In this document: piece after piece, positions 50,086 through 61,800 of the stretch
Layout of the letters: each line of letters opens with the position of its first letter
How positions within the stretch are numbered: the stretch's first letter is position 1
Source: Callorhinchus milii
Taxonomy: Eukaryota
Length of the DNA stretch: 64,000 nt
Assembly (NCBI RefSeq): GCF_018977255.1
Contig: NW_024704743.1
Coordinates: 20,648,001-20,712,000 of the forward strand
Direction: 5' to 3'
Notes under the pieces: model-generated
The model's database searches: none
What the model was told of the DNA's origin: nothing
The model's input: only the letters and a program-made list of their open reading frames with translations
Position numbers and translations under genes: made by a program

Positions 50086-51521
50086 CTAACTACCGTCCCC
50101 AGTCCAATCTCCCTTTCCTCTCCAAGGTCCTGGAACGAGTTGTTGCTTCTCAGCTTCGCTCCTTCCTCTCCCGCCACTCCCTTCTCGAACCCCTCCAATC
50201 GGATATCCGTGCCACCCATAGTACAGAAACAGCCCTAGTCAAAGTGACAAATGACATTCTGTCCATCTGCGTCCAGGGTTCCCTCTGCCTCCTCATCCTC
50301 CTTGACCTCTCTGCTGCCTTTGACACTGTTGACCATTCTAACCTTATCCACCAACTCTCCTCTTACCTCAACCTCCACAGCTCTGACCTCTCACACCACC
50401 TACACTTCAGCTCCACAAACGGCTTCTTCTCTAGACCCCAGAAAGTCTTGTGCGGAGTTCCTCTGATTTGGGCCCCTACTCTTCAATATCTATATGCTCC
50501 CTCTTGGTGACATCATCCTCAGAACATGGGGTCAACTTCCACATGTATGCGGATGACACACAACTGTACCTCTCTGCCTCCACCCTTGACTCCAGGACCA
50601 CTGCTGTCCTGACAGAATGTCTGTCAGACATCAAGTCGTGGATGAGAGCTAACTTTCTCCAGTTGAATGTCAACAAGACCGAGGCTCTCCTGATTGGCTC
50701 CTGTCAGCGCCTCTTCACCTCAGGCGCTGATAGCATCACCATCCATGTTTGCACACTCCACCTTGCTAAGCCAGTCTGGAACCTTGGAGTCTTGTTTGAC
50801 CCTCAATTATCCTTTCTACTCCACATCTGTGCCATGACCCGCTCTGCCTTCCCCCACCTCTGCAACATCGCCTGGCTCCTCCACTGCCTCACACTGCAGG
50901 CGGCCGAAACCCTCATACACCCTTTCATTACATCAAGGCTCGACTATGCAAACTCATTGCTTGTCGGCCTCCCCAACTCCTCCCTCCAAAGGCTGCAGAT
51001 CATCCAGAACTCTGCAGCATGCGTCCACTCCCGCACCAGGCTCCGCGACCCTATCACCCCCATCCTTGCCCAATTCCACTGGCTTCCCATCACACAGAGG
51101 ATACAGTTCAAGATCCTGGTCCTCACCTTCAAAGCCCTCCACGGTCTTGCTCCCCCCTACCTCTCCGACCTCCTAACCCCCTACCATCCTGTTCGCTCCC
51201 TCCGCTCAGCGGGCTCCAGCCTGCTTCACATCCCCGCCTCGCTCGCCCCACCATTGGTGAACGGGCCTTCCACCACTCTGCCCCCACCCTCTGGATCTCC
51301 ATCCCGCAGTCCCCCCATTCACCCTCTCCCTCACCACCTTGAAGACCCATCTCAAGACCCTCCTCTTCGACCGTGCTATCGATCTCCCTGCTTCCCCCCT
51401 GCCCTCCACCCTCTCCTACCCCGACCCCCAGCTCGGGTCCATAATTCTGTCTGTCCAGCGCCTTGAGACGTCCTCCCGATGTGAAAGGCGCTTTACAAAT
51501 GTAATTTTATTGTTGTTGTTG
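50086..51521 (+). mobile_element. L2 LINE, 5'-truncated, most complete RT remnant in the window, frameshifted
   Basis: [59 protein letters not shown]; (GTT)n tail. Confidence 0.96.
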
Positions 51522-51570
51522 AAAGATTTCCTGGGTATTTCAAATCACTACTTCAGAAAACCTTTAATAC

Positions 51571-51938
51571 TGGAGTCCTGTAGCTCAGTAGTTAGAGCAC
51601 TCACCTCGCAAGCGAGAAACCTGGGTTCGATTCCCAGCAGGGTGAAATGTTAGGCCAGTTTCCTTACTCCACACGCCTCTGTTTACATAGCAGTGAGTAA
51701 GAACTCGGCTGTGAGTCAATTGGTGGATTGCTTTTCCAGGGGTAAAAATTCCTTCAAAAAAAATAATAATAAATTGATCACTCAATCCACGACTGTTTGT
51801 GGGGCACTGCTGTGTGCAATTGGCTGCCACGTTTTGCCCACAAAATATACAGTCAATTCACTTTATAGTATATTCTATGAAGTGCTTTGAGACGTCTTGA
51901 AGACGCGAATAAGCTACAAGGATAATTATTATTATTAA
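51571..51938 (+). mobile_element. full-length tRNA-derived SINE, long variant
   Basis: GGAGTCCTGTAGCTCAG head; long insert; (ATT)n tail. Confidence 0.92.
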
Positions 51939-51981
51939 TACCATTTCTGACAGCGTGTGGATTCTCTTCAGCCACTTATTT

Positions 51982-51985
51982 ACCT

Positions 51986-52022
<37 letters not shown>

Positions 52023-52040
52023 CCCTCCTCCCTCTACCCT
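51982..52040. repeat. (CT)n polypyrimidine microsatellite
   Basis: Read directly from the sequence. Confidence 0.9.
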
Positions 52041-52044
52041 TTGT

Positions 52045-52379
52045 GGAGTCCTGTAGCTCAGTGGTTAGAGCACTCGCTTTGCAAGTGAGAGACCTGAGTT
52101 CAATTCCAGGCAGAGGGCGAAACCTCGGGCAAGTTTCCTTACTCCACACAGAGCCTAATAATAATCCTCCAAAACCAAAAACAATAATACATTGGTCATT
52201 TTCAATCCACGACTGTTTGTGGGACATTGCTGTGCGCAATTGGCTGCCGCGTTCTCCCACAAATATACAGTCAATTCACTTTACAGTGTGTTCTGTGAAG
52301 CGCTTTGGGACGTCCTCCTGACGTGAAAAGCGCTATATCAAATGCAAGGATTATTATTATTATTATTATTATTATTATT
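52045..52379 (+). mobile_element. full-length tRNA-derived SINE, short young variant (outer end of the left inverted arm)
   Basis: Family head, body and tail. Confidence 0.93.
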
Positions 52380-52811
52380 TGGCTCCATCCAACAGTTGCC
52401 TCATATTCAATATTTTACATGGCCCCTGGGGATATCTAGAAATAGTTGGCAGAGTAAACAAATTACATCTGAAAGCCACATGCACCAATTGTTCTTATGA
52501 GTTACATTTTACTTTCTTCAGTTCAACCTGATTGTTGTTAATGTACTTTCTTCTCCATGGGGAAATCTTTCTTGAACCAAACAATCACTTGCATTAAAAC
52601 GTACAGTAAGGATAGGATTTTTTGCCAAAAGTCTTACAGATGACGTTGTAAATCTGTAGGTTATTTCTTGGTTTCACCAAACCATGATCACTAATATTAA
52701 CTCTCTTTTAAGTTCTGTAAAGGCCTTATTTTTTCCGAGTCACATGCTTAAATGCAGTCTTCGGCTCATTTTAGGTTAGATGACGTCAGATGAACTCATG
52801 TTTGCCATTGA

Positions 52812-53168
52812 TTAATAATAATAATAATCTTGCATTTGATATAGCGCCTTATTCCGACTTTGAGACATCTCAAAGAGCTTCACAGAATATATCGTAAAGT
52901 GAATTGATTGTATATTTTTGTGGGCGAAATGTGGCAGTGAATTAATCGTGGATTGAAGTGACCAATTTATTATTATTATATTTTTGAAGGAATTATTACC
53001 CCTGGAAAAGCAATCTGCCAATCGACTAAGAACCAGGTTCCTACTTACTGCTAGGTAAACAGAGGCGTGTGGAGTGAGGAAACTTGCCCAAAGTTTCAAC
53101 CTGCCGGAAAGTGAACCCAGCTCTTCACGCTTGCGAGGAGAGTGCTATGACCACTAAGCTACAGGATT
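52812..53168 (-). mobile_element. tRNA-SINE, long variant (mirror at about 62457-62815, + strand)
   Basis: Family head, long insert and tail in reverse. Confidence 0.9.
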
Positions 53169-53316
53169 CAATATCAGGACAACAACAACAATAAATTACA
53201 TTTGTCTAGTGCCTTTCACGTCCGGAGGACGTCCCAGAGGGTGTCCCAAGGTGCTTATCAATATTGGCTGAGCACCCGATCTGTATAATATGGATAGTCT
53301 CCTGAGTGGTAAGATA

Positions 53317-53526
53317 TTACTCCACACGCCTAATAATAATCCCTCCAAAACCAAAAACAATAATAAATTGGTCATTTTCAATCTACAACTGTTTGTGGGA
53401 CATTGCTGTGCGCAATTGGCTGCCGCGTTCGCCCACAAATATACAGTCAATTCACTTTACAGTGGTGTTCTGTGAAGCGCTTTGGGACGTCCTCCCGACG
53501 TGAAAAGCGCTATATCAAATGCAAGG

Positions 53527-53568
<42 letters not shown>
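53317..53568 (+). mobile_element. 5'-truncated young tRNA-SINE (mirror at about 62119-62351, - strand)
   Basis: TTACTCCACACGCCTAATAATAATCC...(ATT)n. Confidence 0.9.
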
Positions 53569-53569
<1 letters not shown>

Positions 53570-54067
53570 GCAGAGCTGAAGCATAAAACTAAAGCTCTAT
53601 TCGATGAAGTTTGAATGCACACATGACACATTTTCAGTTTAAAATTGCCAACTGTTGAGTCATTAGGATCACTGTCAGTATCACTTCCTGCTTTATGCAC
53701 GTGTAGCAAAGTGAAAGTAATGTTTGTGGCCAAAGACCTAAATGTTAGCAATTTTTTTCTTTCAGTACAGAACTGGGTCGTGCCAGCCGGTTGCAGGCAG
53801 GCACAGTTAATTCCTACCATTGCGCCTCACTGTAACGTTGGTTTGGATTTTATGGATCCCAGAGACCCCATTAATCCATGTCTCCACAGTGCTATATTTT
53901 CCATTCTTTATCCCCTTGGAATATTTAAATTTAAACCAGTGCCTTTGATTTCTGCTTTTCAGTCTTAGTCTTACATTGATATTATCCCATTATTTTAAAG
54001 ATATGGTCCATATTTTTTTAATGAGAAGAAGTTAAACTGTGTATTCTATACAAGCTTTCCTTATAAA

Positions 54068-54378
54068 GCAGGTGAAACACTGGACAAGTTTCCTTATTCC
54101 ACACGACTTTGTTTACCTAGAAGTAAGAAGGAGCCCGGTTGCTAGTCGATTGGCAAATCGCTTTTCTGGGGATAATAATCTCTTCAAAAAAAATAAAAAA
54201 ATAATAATTTGGTCACTCAATCCACGACTGTTTGTGAGATATGGCTGTGCGCTGCTGTGTTCCGCCCACAAAATATACAGTCAATTCACTTTACAGTATA
54301 TTCTGTGAAGCGCTTTGAGACATCTAGAAGACGTGATAAGGCACTATATCAAATGCAAGGATAATTATTATTATTATT
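54068..54378 (+). mobile_element. tRNA-SINE, long variant, 5'-truncated (mirror at about 61308-61618, - strand)
   Basis: GCAGGTGAAACACTGGACAAGTTTCC..TTTACCTAG..(ATT)n. Confidence 0.88.
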
Positions 54379-54929
54379 GTAAGAGGATCCAAACATGTTT
54401 ATCTGTATGAATGGACAGAAGTACCTTTCATGCTTGAAAGTACAGTAGGTTGGCTATCTGTATTTTTTTATGTTGATCATAAAGGCTCCTTTGTTTTTAA
54501 ATTTTGCAGCTGCATGTGAAGGAATCGTCCTAACTTGTAACATATAATTGACAAATTAACAAATGTGTTACATTGATTTCCAACTACTTGGCATATCTTT
54601 CATCAGTAATTTTACTGTTTAACCCATGCAACACATATCTGCAGATTGCCCTCAGTAACTTTGAACAGTCAGCAGTTATAATTGCTGTTTACCTAAAAGC
54701 GTAAAGAATCTTTAAGCGCTTTGGGATTTAACAAAAGTGCCTTAAGTACTTTCTCCTGATGTGAAAGGGACAATATAAATGTAATTTATAAATGTGTTGT
54801 ATTAAGCATCTTCAAAGAACATATTGCAATACACTCCAACATATTAATATGCTTTGTGGATAACCTTCTCCACTTGATTTTAATACTACCGCTACACAAC
54901 AACATGTTGGGGGGTTAGCCGGGTGTTTA

Positions 54930-55860
54930 ACATATGCGGAAATCCATCATCCTGCTTAAAAGTATCCAAACCAAAATGAGAATTGCACGCATCTCACCTA
55001 TTCATGGAAATTCGAGAAATGTTTATTGGAATGCGCATTTCTCTCACTGGAGGGAAACATCCTGCTTACATAATTCAGAAAAGTATCAGATGCAGGTTGG
55101 CAAGAGCCAAGACTCGGGGACCCCAGAGTGTGCGTTGTGGTACTGCTGGAGTCCAACCAGCTAAAACTGAATATGTTGGCATTGATATCACTATCTGGCA
55201 AGCTTTCCAGCTTGTCCAGCTAGGACCACCCTACCCTTTAGGGCTTTGGCTTGCAGGGTTAACAGGAGCTGAGTGGGAGAATTCCCTGCCCCCAGTGACT
55301 GGTCTGACCTTCCAGGTCCTGTCGATGAGCCAGGCTGGCTGGACTGTCATCAGTGGTCCTGTGGAATACTGTGGACCCGCCTGACTCAGGAACTGGACTA
55401 ATGAAACTGTAACAGAGGATTGGCTCAATTCTGACATTCCGTTGCCAGACATGTCACCTTGGAACCAGTTCAATTACAAGGTGACCCCACTTACCTGCCC
55501 CCCAAGGAGGATAGTCACTAGTTGGTCATTTCACAACCGAGAAGCGCATCTTTGAGCCCTCACGAGGTGGATGGTAGGTACCAGGAACTTCCCGCGAGCT
55601 TCCTAGTGCGCAACAGATCTCAGCATGAAATGTGCGAGAGCATTGCCACCATCACGTTCATTTCCATTGAGCGATGGTTCCACTAGGTGGAGTTGGGGAG
55701 CTTGAACAGCAGCTGCTTGCCTCTCGCAGACTAATCAAGGTGGATTCCAAGCGCTGGATGTTCACGAACTTGGACTCCAGGTAACGGCTTCCAGCAGTTG
55801 TCACCCCAAGCCTCAGCATTTCCTCATCAGCTAACTGACGGACATTTGCCTTCAGCATGG
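54930..55860 (-). repeat. family X, longest copy (mirror at about 59824-60755, + strand)
   Basis: Contains all blocks seen at 5215, 30055 and 49685. Confidence 0.75.
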
Positions 55861-55861
55861 T

Positions 55862-56152
55862 CCGCCCCTCTTCAATATCTGTATGCTCTCTCTTGGTGAC
55901 ATCATCCGCAGACATGGGATCAACTTCCACATATATGCAGATGGCACCCAACAGTACCTCTCTGCCTCCACCCTTAACTCCAGGACCACTGCTGCCCTGA
56001 CAGAATGTCTGTCAGACATCAAGTCCTGGGTGAGAGCTAATTTTCTTTAGTTGAATGTCTACAAGACCGAGGGCCTCCTGATTGGTTCCCATCAGCACCT
56101 CCACACCTCAGGCGCTTACAGCATCACCATCCATGGATTACACCCTCCACCT
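55862..56152 (+). mobile_element. L2 RT internal fragment (mirror at about 59535-59823, - strand)
   Basis: TTCAATATCTGTATGCTC..GACATCATCCGCAGACATGGG..TATGCAGATG (decayed YADD region). Confidence 0.88.
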
Positions 56153-56220
56153 ACACTTTCCTTTCTCCATAGATGCTGCCTGACCTGCTGAGTATTCCCA
56201 GCAACTTCTGTTTTTGTCGC
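56153..56220. mobile_element. single arm of the palindromic PLE-like element (mirror at about 59467-59533)
   Basis: CTCCATAGATGCTGCCTGACCTGCTGAGTATTCCCAGC matches 15310-15340. Confidence 0.75.
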
Positions 56221-56834
56221 CGCTTTGGAATTTGCCTGACATTGGCAAAGCTCAGGTGAGACTAGATACTGATTCTGATAATGTAATAACAAATATGATA
56301 ATTTGATTGGGCACTGTGCTGAATTGCCCGTGGTGCTTTAGATGAGTCATTAAACCAAAGGATTTACCTGGTTAAAAGTATCAGGCTGCGACTGTTACGG
56401 GGGATGTGATGCCTCTGCTTTAATCTGCGTCAATTTGTCATTGATGATGTATACCGGTCCACCAATTGCCCATTTGGGTACCTGTTAAAGATCCATAAAA
56501 CTATTCGAAAAGAGAAGGGAATTTCTGCTCGTGACCTGGCCATTCAACTCTGTTCGTGGTATCATTTGTGGTGCGCACACCGCATTCACCATGAAATATC
56601 AGTCACCAGTACTGACAGGCAATCACCTGTGAAGCACTTCAAGACATTTCAATAATAATAATAATCCTTGCATTTGATATTACGCCTTATCACATCGTTG
56701 AGATGTCTCAAAGCGCTTCACAGGATATATTATAAAGTGATTGACTGTGTATTTCGTGGGCACCCAGCTACATCCCACAAACGGCCATGGAGTGAGTGAC
56801 TAATTTCCAAGCTTGTCTAATCATGTTAATAATA

Positions 56835-57160
56835 GTAACAATAATCATTGCATTTGATACAGCACCTTTTACATCAGGAGGACATACCAAAGCACTTTGC
56901 AAGAGTTACTGTATTCGTAGGCAAATGCAGCAGCTCAATTGCAACCAGCAATGTCCCACAAACAGCTGTGAATGATTAATTTGATTTGAGGGATAAAATT
57001 TGGCCAGGACACCAGTGCCATGGAATTTTTAAAGTCCACGTGAACAGGCAGACAGGACCTAGGTTTAACGACTCATCTGAAGGACAGTACCTCTGGCAAA
57101 GCAACACTCCCCCAGTACTACATTGAACTGTCAGCCTAGACTAAGTGAGCTCAAGTCTAA
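56835..57160 (-). mobile_element. Deu-domain SINE in the spacer
   Basis: GTGCCATGG..TTTAAAGTCCAC.TGAACAGGCAGACAGGACC..GGTTTAACG.CTCATC is the Deu core in reverse. Confidence 0.8.
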
Positions 57161-57174
57161 CTATTGCTCATAGC

Positions 57175-58043
57175 CTGGGCCAATAGAAAAGTGCGGAAAC
57201 ATTTGCCAAAAATTCTGGGGAAATTTTGCAATGCCATGGGAAATTGCAGGGAAATTTGACAAATTTTGTGGAAAATTGTGGGGAGTTGATTGGTGATATT
57301 GAGCTACATTTTACTGCTGATCTACGTTTTTTACTTTATTGATAAAAGCTAAACATGAGGAAATAACACATATTAGATTGTTGCAATTTTTAAAACTTAA
57401 TTTCTTTAACAAAAACTGGATGGTCCATTTGGGGGTGGGGGAGTGGGGGTCACCAGCGCAGACCCAAAGGGCCTGGAGATCTGCTAACTGCAGGGTTACA
57501 GGAGCTCATCACCCTGCCTCTCATAGCCGGGCATCGCACACAGAGACAGAGACCCAGAGAGACACACAGACACAGAGAGAGACACACGCACTCACAGATT
57601 CAGAGAGACACACGGCCTCAGAAAGAGACACACACACTCATAGACACAAAGAGACATACACACACAGACAGAGAAGAGAGACACAAATACACATTCACAC
57701 AGAGACACTCATAAACACACACACATATAGAAGAGACACACACAGAAACACACATATATACACAGAGGAGGGAGACATACTCACACAATCACTCACAAAC
57801 ACATAGAGAGAGAGACAGACAATCTCAACAGTGGGGCCTCCGAGTGAAGTGAAGCCTATTTCCCACTTACGCCATATCGCACATGCATGTCTAGAGCTGC
57901 CCCGTCCACAGTGACATCAAATAAACAGCGTGAGAGACTCGGGCACCAGAAACTTCTTTTTTTTTTTAGCTGTTTATAGTGGAGGACGCTGTTTATCGCG
58001 GATTCTGCGGGAAAATTGTGGCAGCACTTTTCTATTGGCCCAG
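57175..58043. mobile_element. non-autonomous DNA transposon, probably hAT, 869 bp
   Basis: Perfect 20-bp TIRs CTGGGCCAATAGAAAAGTGC (57175-57194) / GCACTTTTCTATTGGCCCAG (58024-58043); perfect 8-bp TSD CTCATAGC (57167-57174 and 58044-58051). Confidence 0.9.
57536..57820. repeat. compound (CA)/(GA) low-complexity tract inside the DNA transposon
   Basis: Read directly; explains the T/H/R-rich ORF 57339-57806. Confidence 0.9.
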
Positions 58044-58089
58044 CTCATAGCTCATTCCTCAAACATGGCGGATCATCCTGGTTGCTCTC

Positions 58090-58880
58090 CTCTGCACTAG
58101 TTTAGGGGCTGCGCAGCCCCCTTATGTTGTGACCGGAACTGATTGTAGGACTCGAGATATGGCCTGGCCAGAGCACTGATTGAGCATGACTTGTGATTGA
58201 TTCAGTAATATAGCACAACATCCTGTTTGCCATGCTTATTGCTGCATCACACTGTTTTGACATGGTGAGTGATACGTCAACTAATAACCTTCCTTTGCAA
58301 GTTCTATCCCATCCATGGAGGATGTGCATTGCCCTACTTCCTAGAATCAAAGCAATTTGTTGTGTAGGCCATTCAGCCTATTGAGTCTGCACCGGCTTTC
58401 AGAACAACCTGTACTTTCATTTTTACTGACCTGCTCTATCCCCATAGTCCTTCAAACCTCTAACTTACTGCCTTCTCTGATTCCTCAGTTCCCTTGGTGC
58501 CATCTGCAAATTTAACTATCTTACACTAGGGTTTGGACTGCAGGTCACTAATGCGTAGAGAACTGGAGAGTGGTCACATTACTCAATACACCTGAGACAA
58601 CTTTCTTAATACTCTCTATTTTGACCTAGCTCCTTAAAACTACACTGTGAGTCCTTCCCTTCAGCCAATTTTAAATCCAAGTCCATGACCTTGATACCTA
58701 GTGACATCAGTTTGTGAAGGAGTCTTTCATGCAGTACTCTGTCAAATGCCTTTTGGAAGTCTGTGCATAGCACATTTATATGGCCTCCCACAGTCAATTT
58801 GGAATATCACCTCCTCCAAAAAAATTCAATGAGATTGGTCAGACGAGATCTACCAGATTTGTGCTGGCCATCATTTATTT
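58090..58880 (-). mobile_element. decayed CR1 RT fragments
   Basis: 'DFQKAFDRVLHERLLHKL' (ORF 58606-58797), 'KFADGT' near 58500, 'SLTMSKQCDAAISMANRML', and 'LTNLIEFF' near 58830. Confidence 0.85.
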
Positions 58881-61800
58881 AAATTAGTCACTCACTCCAT
58901 GGCCGTTTGTGGGATGTAGCTGGGTGCCCACGAAATACACAGTCAATCACTTTATATTATATCCTGTGAAGCGCTTTGAGACATCTCAACGATGTGATAA
59001 GGCGTAAAATCAAATGCAAGGATTATTATTATTATTGAAATGTCTTGAAGTGCTTCACAGGTGATTGCCTGTCAGTACTGGTGACTGATATTTCATGGTG
59101 AATGCGGTGTGCGCACCACAAATGATACCACGAACAGAGTTGAATGGCCAGGTCACGAGCAGAAATTCCCTTCTCTTTTCGAATAGTTTTATGGATCTTT
59201 AACAGGTACCCAAATGGGCAATTGGTGGACCGGTATACATCATCAATGACAAATTGACGCAGATTAAAGCAGAGGCATCACATCCCCCGTAACAGTCGCA
59301 GCCTGATACTTTTAACCAGGTAAATCCTTTGGTTTAATGACTCATCTAAAGCACCACGGGCAATTCAGCACAGTGCCCAATCAAATTATCATATTTGTTA
59401 TTACATTATCAGAATCAGTATCTAGTCTCACCTGAGCTTTGCCAATGTCAGGCAAATTCCAAAGCGGCGACAAAAACAGAAGTTGCTGGGAATACTCAGC
59501 AGGTCAGGCAGCATCTATGGAGAAAGGAAAGTGTAGGTGGAGGTGTAATCCATGGATGGTGATGCTGTAAGCGCCTGAGGTGTGGAGGTGCTGATGGGAA
59601 CCAATCAGGAGGCCCTCGGTCTTGTAGACATTCAACTAAAGAAAATTAGCTCTCACCCAGGACTTGATGTCTGACAGACATTCTGTCAGGGCAGCAGTGG
59701 TCCTGGAGATAAGGGTGGAGGCAGAGAGGTACTGTTGGGTGCCATCTGCATATATGTGGAAGTTGATCCCATGTCTGCGGATGATGTCACCAAGAGAGAG
59801 CATATAGATATTGAAGAGGGGCGGACCATGCTGAAGGCAAATGTCCGTCAGTTAGCTGATGAGGAAATGCTGAGGCTTGGGGTGACAACTGCTGGAAGCC
59901 GTTACCTGGAGTCCAAGTTCGTGAACATCCAGCGCTTGGAATCCACCTTGATTAGTCTGCGGAGAGCCAAGCAGCTGCTGTTCAAGCTCCCCAACTCCAC
60001 CTAGTGGAACCATCGCTCAATGGAAATGAACGTGATGGTGGCAATGCTCTCGCACATTTCATGCTGAGATCTGTTGCGCACTAGGAAGCTCGCGGGAAGT
60101 TCCTGGTACCTACCATCCACCTCGTGAGGGCTCAAAGATGCGCTTCTCGGTTGTGAAATGACCAACTAGTGACTATCCTCCTTGGGGGGCAGGTAAGTGG
60201 GGTCACCTTGTAATTGAACTGGTTCCAAGGTGACATGTTGGCAACGGAATGTCAGAATTGAGCCAATCCTCTGTTACAGTTTCATTAGTCCAGTTCCTGA
60301 GTCAGGCGGGTCCACAGTATTCCACAGGACCACTGATGACAGTCCAGCCAGCCTGGCTCATCGACAGGACCTGGAAGGTCAGACCAGTCACTGGGGGCAG
60401 GGAATTCTCCCACTCAGCTCCTGTTAACCCTGCAAGCCAAAGCCCTAAAGGGTAGGGTGGTCCTAGCTGGACAAGCAGGAAAGCTTGCCAGATAGTGATA
60501 TCAATGCCAACATATTCAGTTTTAGCTGGTTGGACTCCAGCAGTACCCCAACGCACACTCTGGGGTCCCCGAGTCTTGGCTCTTGCCAACCTGCATCTGA
60601 TACTTTTCTGAATTATGTAAGCAGGATGTTTCCCTCCAGTGAGAGAAATGCGCATTCCAATAAACATTTCTCGAATTTCCATGAATAGGTGAGATGCGTG
60701 CAATTCTCATTTTGGTTTGGATACTTTTAAGCAGGATGATGGATTTCCGCATATGTTAAACACCCGGCTAACCCCCCAACATGTTGTTGTGTAGCGGTAG
60801 TATTAAAATCAAGTGGAGAAGGTTATCCACAAAGCATATTAATATGTTGGAGTGTATTGCAATATGTTCTTTGAAGATGCTTAATACAACACATTTATAA
60901 ATTACATTTATATTGTCCCTTTCACATCAGGAGAAAGTACTTAAGGCACTTTTGTTAAATCCCAAAGCGCTTAAAGATTCTTTACGCTTTTAGGTAAACA
61001 GCAATTATAACTGCTGACTGTTCAAAGTTACTGAGGGCAATCTGCAGATATGTGTTGCATGGGTTAAACAGTAAAATTACTGATGAAAGATATGCCAAGT
61101 AGTTGGAAATCAATGTAACACATTTGTTAATTTGTCAATTATATGTTACAAGTTAGGACGATTCCTTCACATGCAGCTGCAAAATTTAAAAACAAAGGAG
61201 CCTTTATGATCAACATAAAAAAATACAGATAGCCAACCTACTGTACTTTCAAGCATGAAAGGTACTTCTGTCCATTCATACAGATAAACATGTTTGGATC
61301 CTCTTACAATAATAATAATAATTATCCTTGCATTTGATATAGTGCCTTATCACGTCTTCTAGATGTCTCAAAGCGCTTCACAGAATATACTGTAAAGTGA
61401 ATTGACTGTATATTTTGTGGGCGGAACACAGCAGCGCACAGCCATATCTCACAAACAGTCGTGGATTGAGTGACCAAATTATTATTTTTTTATTTTTTTT
61501 GAAGAGATTATTATCCCCAGAAAAGCGATTTGCCAATCGACTAGCAACCGGGCTCCTTCTTACTTCTAGGTAAACAAAGTCGTGTGGAATAAGGAAACTT
61601 GTCCAGTGTTTCACCTGCTTTATAAGGAAAGCTTGTATAGAATACACAGTTTAACTTCTTCTCATTAAAAAAATATGGACCATATCTTTAAAATAATGGG
61701 ATAATATCAATGTAAGACTAAGACTGAAAAGCAGAAATCAAAGGCACTGGTTTAAATTTAAATATTCCAAGGGGATAAAGAATGGAAAATATAGCACTGT

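Larger units (their letters stand above)
52100..56806 (+). repeat. large inverted duplication, left arm (about 4.7 kb)
   Basis: Reverse complement of 58881-63521, including unique DNA; mirrored ORFs such as 54039+/61378-, 54934+/60522- and 52812-/62526+ are identical or nearly so. Confidence 0.97.

Noticed and set aside
48270..51466. Long ORFs (330 and 338 aa) with RT motifs as functional genes or a retron/DGR-like system
   Set aside because: They are 5'-truncated, frameshifted L2 LINE copies with no endonuclease domain; one has YADD mutated to SADD.
57339..57806. 155-aa ORF in the TIR element as a transposase
   Set aside because: It is a translation of (CA)/(GA) low-complexity sequence with no DDE or BED features.
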